Assembly (NCBI GenBank): GCA_963833985.1 | Contig: CAWIAD010000001.1 | Span: forward strand, 2,368,001-2,432,000 | Direction: 5' to 3' | Origin: an uncultured Planctomycetaceae bacterium | Lineage (GTDB): Bacteria; Planctomycetota; Planctomycetia; Isosphaerales; Isosphaeraceae | DNA length: 64,000 bases | Shown here: positions 29,498-40,648 of the stretch, piece by piece | Layout: each line of letters starts with the position of its first letter | Numbering within the stretch: position 1 is the first letter of the stretch | Translations under genes and position numbers: made by a program | The notes under the pieces: model-generated | What the model was told of the DNA's origin: nothing | Database searches by the model: none | What the model saw: only the letters and a program-made list of their open reading frames with translations

Positions 29498-32400
29498 TTT
29501 TCTTCCACCTCGTCACCTGAGAGAAGGGCCCAGGCCCAGACGTACTCGCCGCGGCGGGCCGTACCAACGCGGAATGAGCTATCGGCGGGGCCGGCCGCGA
29601 ATGGCGGGGCCGCCCGGGTCATCCACACGTCTCCCGAATCAAGGTCTGCACGCTCGACCGCGAACTGGCGGCTTGCCGCACCAGGCTCGATCCCAAAGGC
29701 CTTCGCCGCGGCTTGACGTGCTGCGCGAAACCGGGCCAGCCACTCTGCGCGCCGGGCCAGAAAGCGGGGCGGCCACCAATCGTTCGTCCTCCTCGAGCAC
29801 GAGCGGGTCGTTCCCGGCAGCGCGATCGTCGACGGCAGCCACGTCAATGCCCGCGGCTGACCGGCCCGTAACGGCAGCAAGCGCCACCACGACACCCTCG
29901 GCATGGGCAATCGAGATGGCCGGCAGATCGTCGCGGCCGGGGTCGGCCAGGTCGGTGATCCGGGGCCGGCCGTTCGATCCTATAGCACCAGCGCGGATGG
30001 CCAGATCGGCCGGGAACCGCGGCACGCCGCCGGTGCGCAACCAGAGCCGGCGCACGGCCTCCTTGGCGGCGATCCGGCCCCAGAGCCAGTGGCTGCGCCG
30101 GAGTTCGGAGCCATGCAGACCGAGGCTCTCGGCCAGCTCCTGCGGCGCAAGCTGCACCTGCTCCAGGACGTCACGCCAGATCGGCCGGCCCATGTCGGCC
30201 GGCGGCTCCAGCCAGACGGCGGCCGCTACGTCCGGGTCCACGCCGTCCAGTGGGAGCGCCTCGCCGATGAGCACGGTATCGGGTGCGCGAAAAACATCGC
30301 GATAGCGCGCGGGCCAGTAAAACCTCCAGTCTTCCCAGTCGCGGAGTTGCATCCAAGCTCGACCATCGGCCCGCACCAGGTCGGCGTCGACCAGAACGCG
30401 GTGCCGCTCGACGGCCCGCACGCGGACCTGGCATTCGACCCGGGCACCGGCTTCCGGGGCCTCACCGAGAATCGCCAGCCGACCCATCCGGAGCGGGAAA
30501 ACCACGTCGCCCTGATCCAGGCAGTCGAGCCCCCAGCAGCCGAGCAGATGGGTGAAGGTGTCGAGCACGACCGGATCGGTCTGCCAAGCAGGCAACTCGC
30601 CCGGACGCAGCAGCGGATCAAGCGGAAGCACCTCCAGCGTGCCCGAGATTCCCTGCGGTGAGACCTGCCCCAGCTCGACCAGTGCCTGCATGGGCTCGCC
30701 GTGGAAGAGCCACTGCTCGGAGTAGAGCCGCGCGGCGGTGAACTTGCTCGCGCGGGAATCGGGCAGCTCGAAGGGGGCAGCCTGCGCAGGCTCACCGGCG
30801 CGCTCCGAGAACCGGGCCACCGCCTCGAACACGAGACGCGCGGCCTCCGGCTCGGAAGCATTTTCACCCAGCACGTGACGGAGGGTCACCCGGACCTGAC
30901 GGGAATCGGCCGGATCGCACTGGCCGCGGATCTCCAGAACACCGTTGCTGGAATAGGGCACCCAGCGATGAGCGCAGACGTCGCCCAGGCTCTCCAGCGC
31001 CAGGCCCGGAGGAACGATGCACGCGGCCGACTGGGCAGCCATCTCGGCCATGACGAAGAAGGGAACAACCGGCAGTCCCTTGCGCACCGGGTCGAGTGCC
31101 GAGACGCGCCGGCCGCCGAGCGTGTGGTTCTCGGCCACGGGGTTGCCAAGCGGGTCCAGCGACAGCCGGCTGACGATGGCCTGTCCCGGCTCCCAGTGCT
31201 CCACGGCCCCGACCCACGGGCCTGGCTGCGGCATTCCGCCCTGCCTGAGGTGCGCGTCGGTTCCCCCGCCAGGCAGGAACGCCTGCATCACCTCGCGCTG
31301 AGTGGCCAGGAACTCGTTCATCGTCCGCAGGAACGCTAGCATCGCCGCGTCGGCCGCTGGCACGGAGTCCGCTACCACGGCATCCGGAAGCGTGGGAGCC
31401 TGCGCGACAGCAGCCACACCGTTCTTCGGGTCGAACCACGCATCATGGTGCACCGCCGCGCCGTTACCGTTGACATGATGGCCATTCAGTGCAGTGTGCT
31501 TGTGATAATAACCTTGAGCGCTGCGGCCATCATGGCCGTTGAGATCGGCCAGGGCGTGGCCCAGACGCCCGTTGTATGCGGGCAGGCCGGCGCCGGCGTT
31601 GACGTCCTCAGGCGGGTTTGCCGCGTCGTGATCTCGGTCCGGCACAGGGCGACTACGTTCGCGCAGGCGCTCGATGGCTCCCTCCGAGAGTCGTAGCTCG
31701 GGGAAGCCGAGCGCCAGGGAAGGCACGGCTCGAGCCGGTGCCGGCGGTGCATCCAGGTCAACTCGTTCCGGCCGCCGGCGGCCGTAGATGTACGACGGAT
31801 CGAGCGCCAGCCCCTGCGCGAAAAGGGAGGCCACCAGGTGATTGAGTTGCGCCGTCCCGGACCGGCGCGGCAGGTTGGCCGCCACCGCGAACGCCGGCCG
31901 GCCGCGGAGGATATCGTCCACATAGCCGCACAGGTTGCCGCGCGTACCGACATCGACGAAGACGCGCAGACCGTCGCGGTGCATGGATTCGATGGTGGAA
32001 CGGAAGTCCACACGCCGGGTCCACTGCGCGACGGCAAGCCTGCGCATCTCATCGGCGGAGTTCGTCATCCTCGCGGCGAGCGCACAGGAGTAAACAGGAA
32101 CCCGCGAGGGACGGAAATCGAGGCTCGCGTAGAACGAGGAGAGCGGGCCGGTCACCGCGGCGAAGGCCGGGGTGTGATAAGCGCGGGCGAACGGCAGCTC
32201 CTCGCACACCACGCCCTCGGAGCGCAGCAGGGCGACGGCGTGGTCGACCTCGCCAGGATCTCCCGCGATCACCACCTGGTGAGGGCAGTTGTCGATGGCC
32301 ACAGTGACCGAAGCGCCGCCGGCCAGGCATGCGACCTCGGCGCGCCCGCGGTTCGTGCCGGCGGCCACGAGCTTCGCCGTGGGGATCTTTCCGTGGGTTT

Positions 32401-34527
32401 CCAGCTCGCGGAAGATCGCCGCCAGCCGAATGAGCTGCCGCTCGAGCACTTGCTCGGTCTCGAGCACCCCCGCGGCCGCCAGCGCGGGAAGCTCTCCGCT
32501 GCTGTGACCGGCCACCGCGTCGGGACGCAGCCCCAGCCGCGAAAGCACCTGGTAGATCGCCCACTGTGCGGAGAGCACCGCGGTGACCGCCGTGTCGGTG
32601 GCCCAGAGCGCTTCGCGGTTCGCGGACGGGCCGCCAAAGAGGTGGTGGCTGGGCGGCACCGTCTCTCCCGACTCGCGGGCGATCCGATCGGCCATGTCGA
32701 GCACGCCGCGCAGCTCAGGGAAGTGCGGGCAAAGATCCGCCAGCATGCCGGGGTACTGCGTGCCCTCGCCCGGAAACAGGAAGGCCAGCCGCCCCTGGCG
32801 GCCCACCGGTTCGTCCCAGTAGTACAGTCCGCGGGCATCGCGGACCTGCCGGCAGGACGGCGCACGGAGCCTCGGCTCGATGAGCTCCAGTTGCGCGATC
32901 AGCTCCGGCACCGAGCCGGCCACGAGCCCCAGCCGCGCAGGGCCGGACGACGACGAGGACTCGGTGTTGAGCGTGAACGCCAGGTCCTTGAGCGCGAGGT
33001 CGCCCCGGCATGTGAGTCGGTCGCGGAGCCAGCGCACGCGGTCGACAAGCTCGCTCCGGCCATCGGCCGCAAGCAGGAACGCTTCCGAATCCCAGTCGAG
33101 CATGACTCCGGAGCAGGCGCCGTCGGCCGACGCGGCATGCTCCTCGAGGACCGCATGCGCATTGATTCCCGCGAAGCCGAAGGCATTCATCGCGGCCCGG
33201 CGCGGATGCAGCGCCTCGCCATGGATCCAGGGCCGGGGTGCTTGCAGCAGCTCCAGTCCGCTTCCTTCCAGCAATGGACCTGGGCGGTCGGCCCCCAGGG
33301 TGGGAGGCAAGACGCGGTGATGCAGCGCCAGAGCGGTCTTGATAAGCCCTGCCATGCCCGCCGCCGGCATGGCGTGGCCGATCTGCGACGAGACCGCGCC
33401 GAGCACGCGCGCCCCTCGGCCGATGGCACGAACACCTTCCGCAGCGCCTTCAGCTCGGCCCGGTCGGCCGCGGGCACGCCCAGCCCATGCCCTTCGACCA
33501 GCCCCACGCTGGCAGGGTCGATCCCCGCGGTGCGATAAGCCCGGCGCATGGCGCGGGCGTGGCCGCGGGCGCTCGGACTCGCCAGGCCCTGACCGCGACC
33601 GTCGCTGGCGATGCCCACTCCCTTGACCACGGCATACACCCGATCGCCGTCGCGCTCGGCATCGGCCAGCCGCTTCATGACCACCACGCCGACGCCTTCA
33701 CCGGGGACCAGGCCGTCGGCCCCGGCCGAGAACGGCCGCGAGGCGCCACTTCGCGACAGCACTCCCAGCCGCGAGAAGACCAGCGGGAAGTCGACGTCGG
33801 CCTCGATGTAGACCGCGCCGACAAGCGCCAGGTCCGCCCTCCGCCCGACCAGAGCCCGCGCTCCCAGATCGAGCGCGACCAGAGCCGAGGCGCTGGCGGC
33901 ATCCACCACGAAGCTGGCGCCGCGAAGGTCCAGCCGATCGGCAATTCGCCCCGCCGTGGCGCTGGTGAGCTGGCCGGGACTCGTCGCGGCCTCGAACGGT
34001 GGCAGGCTGGACCTCAGGTCACGCCGCAAGAGCTCGAGGTCCTCGTCCGTCCATTCCGGATGGAGCGCGGCCAGGAGGCCGACGGTCTGCGCGACCATGC
34101 GTCCGTGCTGGAGCCGGATCAGGTTTCCCCGGTTGAAGTAGTTTCCCCTGCCGATGACCACCTCGACCCGCCGGCGATCGAGCCTGCCAACGTCGATGTC
34201 CGCGTCGAGCAGTGCGGCGCGGGCCGCATCAAGAACCAGGAACTGCTCCGGCTCGCCTCCCGCGACGGCCAGCGGCATGATTCCGTGCGCGGCCGGGTCG
34301 AACGCGACGGGCTCGTCGAGGTAGCCTCCGCGGTTGCACGCCACCCGGTCGCTGGCGCTCGAGTCCGGATCGTAGAACGTCTCCAGCGGCCAGCGGTTCG
34401 CGGGCACCTCCCGGGTCATATCCCGGTTGGCCAGCACGTTGGTCCAGAAGGCGCACAGGTCGGCTGCGCCCGGAAACCGGCAGGCCATGCCAACCAGGGC
34501 GATGTCGTGGCACCGCCCGCGGCTCAT
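29494..34527 (-). CDS. Type I PKS 2: KS(Cys->Ser)-AT-DH(double hotdog)-PPTase-like; apparent frameshifts ~33410 and ~29750
   Basis: KS 'IALVGMACRFPG', 'VDAASASAL', 'EGHG', 'IGH', 'NAFGFAGINAH'; AT 'FPGEGTQY', 'GHSSG', 'AYHT'; DH 'NHTLGG...P', 'LFHG'; C-terminus 'GRIAAKEAVR', 'ISIAH', 'GIDV'. Confidence 0.88.
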
Positions 34528-37500
34528 CGCACGGCCTCCGCCAGCCGCGCGGATCGCTCCAGGGGGGCATCGAGCAATCCCAGATCGCCGGAGAGAACCA
34601 CCTCGACCTCGCCCTTGCGGCCGTGTGCCAGCTCGCTGATGAGCGCGGCCACTCCTGCATCGGGGGGAATCATCCCCAGACCCCGAGCACCAAGGTGCGC
34701 CTCGAGCTCGGAGACCATGCCAATTCCCGCCCACGGTCCCAGGATCGGTGCCACGACGCGGCCTGGCCAGCGGCGATCCAGCCAGATCGCCAGCTTGTTC
34801 AACGCCTCGTTGGCGGCGGCGTAATCGGCCTGGCCGCGGTTGCCGAAGCGGGCCGCGATGGAAGAGAAGAAGACCGCGAACCGGAGCGACTCGCCGCGGA
34901 CCAGCCGCGCCAGGTGGAGCGCGCCTTGAAGCTTGGTGTCCATGACCTGATGAAACGCATCGAGCGACTTGTCGCCCAGCAGCTTGTCGCGGATGAGCCC
35001 CGCTCCATGAACCAGGCCCACGGGATCTCCGAACTGCTGCCGCCAACGGCTGAGGACGTCGCGCAGGCGGCCCTCGTCGCGCACGTCAGCGGCCGCGTAC
35101 TCGACACGGGCGCCGGTGGCTCGTAACCGCTCCAGGTTCTGCCGCACCTCGCGGGCGCGGCGCACTGACAGGTAGGCCCGCTCGAGTTCCGCGGGAGCGA
35201 CCGGATGGCCCCCGCGGCGCAGGCGTTCGTAAAGCGCGGATTTGAGCTCGGCCGGACCGCTCATGCCATCCAGCTCCGCGCCGTCGTGGTCCGCGGGGAG
35301 CGGGGTGGTGCCGATGAGCAACAGCGTGGGCCGCCACCGCCGGGCCAGCTCCGCGGCCAGCAGCGACGTGATCCCTCTCGCTCCACCGGTGATGAGCACC
35401 GGTTCACCCGCGGCGAGGACCAGGGCGTCCTTGCCGGCAGCCTTTCGCAGGGGCGCGGGAACGGCCTGGAGCCGCACGCGTCGTGCCTCCGCGTAGCCCA
35501 CCTCCGACCAGGCGTCGTCGTGCAAAAGCTCCACGAGCAGCCGTCCGGAAAGTTCGACCGGATCTTCGCCGGCATCCAGATCCACAACACGGGCACGCAC
35601 CGATCTCCACTCGCGAGCGATGGTCTTCACCAGCCCGGCAATCGCCCCCTGGCCAGCGAAGAAGCCGGCTTCCGGCGTACCCAGGCTGGCGAAGCGGCCG
35701 CCCAGGGCCGTGGCCGCGATCAGGCAGGCGCCACCACGATCGGCGGCCCGATGCAGGTCTCCGGCCATCGCCTTGGCCATGAGAAACAGCGCCTGAACTT
35801 CGGGATCCATGCGGCCGACCCAGGCGGCAGGCTCAAGCCCCGGATCGCTGGCGCTCTGAAGCGGCAAGAGGTGGACCAGACCCGCCAGAGGCCCGGCCCG
35901 CCGCGCCTGGCGGATCGCACGCTCCACCGCGGAGGCCGACGTCCAGTCGATCCGGGCCTCGCTTCCGCCCAGCAGCAACGCTTGCCAGCCGCGTTCGTGC
36001 AGGGCGCCGGCCAGGGCTTGAGCGACGCCCCGGTCGTCCGCCGTGATGAGCACGGTCCCGCCGCTCATGAGACCACTTTCCGCGGCCTCGACTGGCGCGT
36101 CCACCGCTTCCAGCACGAACCGGCGGACTCCGGATTTTACCTGCCCGTTCCGCTGGCTGTCGTGGCCGTTGTCAAGCGCCGCGGGCTCGGCGCTTGAGTA
36201 GCTGCCGGAGCCGCCACGGGCGCCGGCCGCGGCGCCGGGTCGGCTGCCGGCCCTGTGGCCGCCCGGGGCATTGCTTTCCGTGCCATCTCCACGGCCCGTT
36301 CCACCCGGTCGACGATGGCCGCGAGCGTCCGCGCATGCACCAGCCGGTCCATCACCTCGGAATCCGACGTCGCGGTTAGCTGCGGGAACGCGTCTCGCAG
36401 CTTGCTGAGGATCTCGACCCGCTTGATCGAATCGATCCCCAGGTCGGCTTCCAGGTCCAGCTCCAGGCCCAGCACCTCGAGCGGATATCCGGTCCGCTCG
36501 CGAACGATATCCAGGAGCTTGCCGGCAATCTCGTCACGGCCGCCGGGCATCGCGACGGGCGCCGCAGGTGGGGCGAAGGCAGGTTCCTTCGGCTGGGTGA
36601 CAACCGGTTCCGGGGGTTCCTGCCGCAACGCTGTCGGGACGGGAGCCGAATCCCGGGCCTGAGCCGGCGGCCGCGGCGCTGGCTGCGGCGCGTGGACCTC
36701 CTCGATCGGCCGGCTCGGCACGGCCGGCATCACCGCTGGCCGCAAGCGGCTTGCCGCCGGCGCGGCAACCGCCATTTCCTGAGCGGCCGCGTGGACGCCG
36801 GGCTGGCTCCGTCCCGAGAGGTAGGCCAGCATGGTCGATCGCTGCACCTCGAGGAAAGCCTGCATGGTCTCCTGGAACGCCAGCAGCACGCGCTCTGACC
36901 CGGGCGCGGAAGCGGGCCGTTCCGCCGCGGGTAAAGCGGTATCTGGCGGCACTGGCACGGCGGCGCGGCTCGAGTTCGCCTTTCCATTGGTCCCGGCGAT
37001 CGCCTGACCGTTCCCCGGAGATGCGTGCGCTGCGGCTGGTTTCATGACGGCTTCAACCCGTGGCTGAGAGTGAGAGGACTGGCCCAGAGGCTGCGGAGGC
37101 GCCTCTGTCTCGAGATTCGCCTGGCCGAGCCGCCTGGGTTCGGGGCCATGCAGTGGCCGGGCCCGGCTGCCGTTGACCATCCAGGTGGAGGCAGGCAGGG
37201 GAGCCGAGCCGTCACCGGCCGGCAAGGCATCGGGGTCCAGCCGGCGTTGCGATCGCCCCGCGGTCAGCGGCTCGAGATTGAGAGCGGCCCCCGCCATGAC
37301 GATCTTCGCCAGGGCATGCAGGAAGCCCGTGAGACCGGGCTTGCCGCGCGGCTCGCAGGCCACTGCGGAATGCGGCCGGTCGCCCAGGATCGACTCGACC
37401 AGAGGCGCAAGCAATCCGCCGGGCCCCACTTCGATGAACAACCGCGCTCCCTGGTCATGCATCGCCAGCACCATCTCGGCGAATCGGACCGGGCTGGTCA

Positions 37501-40078
37501 CATGCTCGCCCAGCCGCCTCGCCACCGCCGCCGGGTCGCGCGGGTGGGCGAGCGCATCCAGGTTCGAGAAGACGGGGCACGCGGGCGCTGCGCTGATGGC
37601 CTCGAGCGCATGCCGCGTGAAGGGCTCGCGCGCCGGCTTGAGCAAGGGCGTGTGAAACGCGCAGGCCACAGGAAGAAGCCGGCCCTGAACACGCCCGGCC
37701 CGGGCTCGCTCCAGCACCGCGTCCACGGCCGCGCGCGGCCCGGCAATCACCGTCTGACGCGGGCCATTGCGGTTCACAATCAGTGCGCCTGGCACATCGC
37801 TCACCAGCCTGGCGGCCTGCTCGGGACCTGCGATCAAGGCGGCCATCGCGCCGGGCTCGGCGCCCGCGGCTGCGCTCATCAACCGGCCGCGCCAGTGGGA
37901 AAGCCGGGCCAGCTCCGCGGTATCCAGCGCTTCCGCCGCGTGCAGGGCGACCAGCTCGCCGTAGCTGTGCCCGGCTGTCATGTCCGGCTTCAGACCCAGT
38001 TTCAACAGCAGCCGCAGCAGGCCGACGCTCGCAGCGCCGATGGCCGGCTGTGCGACCTCGGTCTGCCGCAAGGCTTCGGCCTGGCGCTGCCGCATCGCGT
38101 CGTCGAAGGCGGGAGCAGGGAAGACGCGTGACCCGATCGGTTCCTGCCCCAGCGCGCCGATGGCCGCGTCGAATTGCTCGAAGGCGCTGCGGACCTCGTC
38201 GAACTGGATGGCAAGTTCGCGGAGCATCCCGACCGCCTGCGATCCCTGGCCCGGGAAAACAAACGCCACCTTCTGGCCCGGGAACCTGGGACGTTCGGTG
38301 AAATAGACGCCACGCGGGTCGGCCAGCTCACTGGCCCCCCGGCCGATCGCCTCGCGGGCGAGACTCAACCGGGCGGCCAGCTCGGCGTGCGTGCCGGCCA
38401 CGATGGCCAGGGTCGGCCCGCCTTGATGCGCAGCGAACCGGCCAGCCAGCGCGTGCGCCAGGTCGGGCAGGGCAGGGCGGCATCCCGCGGCCAGTTGTGC
38501 GGACAGTTTGTCGAGACGGCTCATCAGACCCGCACGGTCTGGAAGGCACCAGACGAACAGCTCGGCTGGCCAGTCGCGAGTGCAGGGCGGGAAAGTTTCC
38601 GGCGGAGCGCCCTGGTACTCCTCGAGGACCGCATGGAAGTTCGTGCCGCCGAAGCCGAAGGCGCTGACTCCGGCCCGGCGCGGCTGGCCGGTGGCGGCGT
38701 GCAGCCACGGCTGGGCCTCCACGTTGAGCCGCAAGACTCCGTCATCGAGATCAAGCTGCGGATTGGGCTTCTTGATGCCAATCGTCGGCGGCAGGGTGCG
38801 GTGCCGCAGGGCGAGCGTGGCGTGGATCAGCCCGGCGAGCCCCGCCGCGCACTTGGCATGGCCGATCTGCGACTTGACCGAGCCGACCACGCAGCCACCC
38901 CGAGCAGCCTGTCGAGATTTGAAGAGCTTCGAGAGCGCCTCGATCTCCACAACGTCTCCCACGGCCGTTCCGGTTCCGTGTGCCTCGATGTAGCCGACCG
39001 TGGCCGGATCGATGACGGCTTCGGCGTAAGCGCGCGTCAGGGCCCGCATCTGTCCCTGGTCGCTGGGGGCGGTCAGCCCCTTGCTCCTGCCGTCGCTGGA
39101 GGCGCCCACGCCCTGGATCACCGCGTAAATCTGATCGCCGTCGCGCTCGGCGTCGGCCAGCCGCTTGAGCACCACCGCCGCCACACCCTCGCTGATCACG
39201 ATGCCGTCTGCGCTGGAGTCAAAGGGGCGGCACCGGCCGCGCGGCGAGAACGCCTGGGTCTTGCTGAAGGCCAGGTAGGTGAACGGGTTTTGCACCGTGT
39301 CCACGCCACCCAGAAGCACCATGTCGGCAGCACCCGTCTTGAGCTCGCGGACTGCCAGGTTGAGCGCTGCCAGTGACGATCCGCAAGCCGCGTCCACCGT
39401 GTAGTTCGCACCGCCCAGGTCCAGGCGGTTGGCAATGCGGCCCGCGGTTACGTTCAGCAGGATGCCCGGGAACGAGTCCTCGGTCCATTCGGGCAAGAGT
39501 CCGCGGCATTGTTCCAGCGTGGCCGGGCCGCTACCCGGCGCGATCGCATCGAGCATGGGCAGGTACGACCGGAAGGCGTAGCCCATGGCCACCTGCGCTG
39601 CGCCGCCTCCCATGCCCAGGATCACACTGGTACGCTCACGCGGAAAGGCACGCTGCTCGTAGCCGGCATCAGCCAGGGCCATCCGCGCCACTTCGAGCGC
39701 GAGCAACTGGGCCGGCTCGACCGAGGGAAGACTGGACGGCGGCATGCCGTAACGCAGCGGATCGAAGGGGAGGTCGGGAATGAAACCGCCCCACTTCGAG
39801 TAGATCCGGTCGGGCGCTTTCGGATCCGGGTCGTAATACAGCCTCCAGTCCCACCGGTCGGCCGGGACCTCGCTGATCAGGTCGCGGCCCGCGACCGAGT
39901 TGGACCAGAAGGTCGCGACGTCTGCCGCACCCGGCATGAGCGCGGCCATGCCCACGATGGCGATGGCGGCCGGGCCGGTCTGTGGACCGAGGGCTCGATC
40001 CTGTTCCTGGTGCCTGGCTTCAATGTACGGGGTTACCCCGCCAGTCACATCTCGGTGCAAGTCGGCCATGGTCACCAC
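34524..40078 (-). CDS. Type I iterative PKS 1 (PfaA/HglE-like): KS-AT-ACP-KR; apparent frameshift ~36140-36180 between ACP and KR
   Basis: KS 'TVDAACGSS', 'EAHGTGT', 'KSQIGH'; AT 'FPGQGSQ', 'GHSYG', 'AFHT'; ACP 'DLGIDSIKRVEIL'; KR 'LITGGARGI', 'HGAG', 'DYAAAN'. The KR frame is open back to ~36175 ('LDNGHDSQRNGQVKSGVRRFVLE'). Confidence 0.92.
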
Positions 40079-40320
40079 GTCCTTCCGCAGGGTTGCGAAT
40101 TTCCGCCTTCCCGCGGACTGATCCTGCCCCGTCCCCGGACCGGCAGGCCGGTGCGCGGCAAGATCGGCTGAAGCGGGCCGACGACGGTGTCACCGCTCAT
40201 CAGGCTGACCGCTTCGCTTCCCGCACCGAGACCGCCCGCCTTTGCCGCGGCAATCGCAAGTGACGATTCACCAGGCATTTCTGGCGTCGCAACGAGAACC
40301 TCGTTTGGCTTGCTGCGCAT
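40072..40320 (-). pseudogene. Probable remnant of the N-terminal FabK/nitronate-monooxygenase-like (enoyl reductase) domain of PKS 1
   Basis: The ORF starts 'MRSKPNEVLVATPEMPGESSLAIAAAKAGGLG', resembling the FabK/NMO motif 'LA.AV..AGGLG'. It then loses similarity and overlaps the PKS1 frame ('FATLRKDVVTMADLH'). Confidence 0.5.
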
Positions 40321-40648
40321 CGCGGCAACTCACTCACAACTTTGGTTGCTCCAGTTGACTATACCATCTAGGAAATTTGAGTGATTTGAGGTATATGGGA
40401 AATTTCATGAAGACCTCAGCTCACTGGGTATCGTCAAACCGGCACGTCCGTCATCAGTCCGACGATCGACACGGTGAACGTCTCGGCCAAAACCGATCCG
40501 CGGAAGCCCTGGGCGGCATACGAATCACTGGGACAGGGCGTGCAGTCTCATCGACAGGGCTGTGCCTCAGGGGTAGTGTGTTTGCAGCTTCGGGCAGGGC
40601 TGACGGCGGCGAACCGGTGGAACCCGATCCTGACACGGAGGGGCGTCG

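Noticed and set aside
31440..31620. His/Asn-Gly-rich stretch in PKS2 as a metal-binding domain
   Set aside because: It looks like a low-complexity interdomain linker with no regular ligand spacing.
34524..36116. Stand-alone ketoreductase gene
   Set aside because: Its frame is open upstream into the ACP linker and the KS-AT-ACP-KR order matches PfaA-like proteins. It is more likely the C-terminus of PKS1, although a genuine split cannot be excluded.
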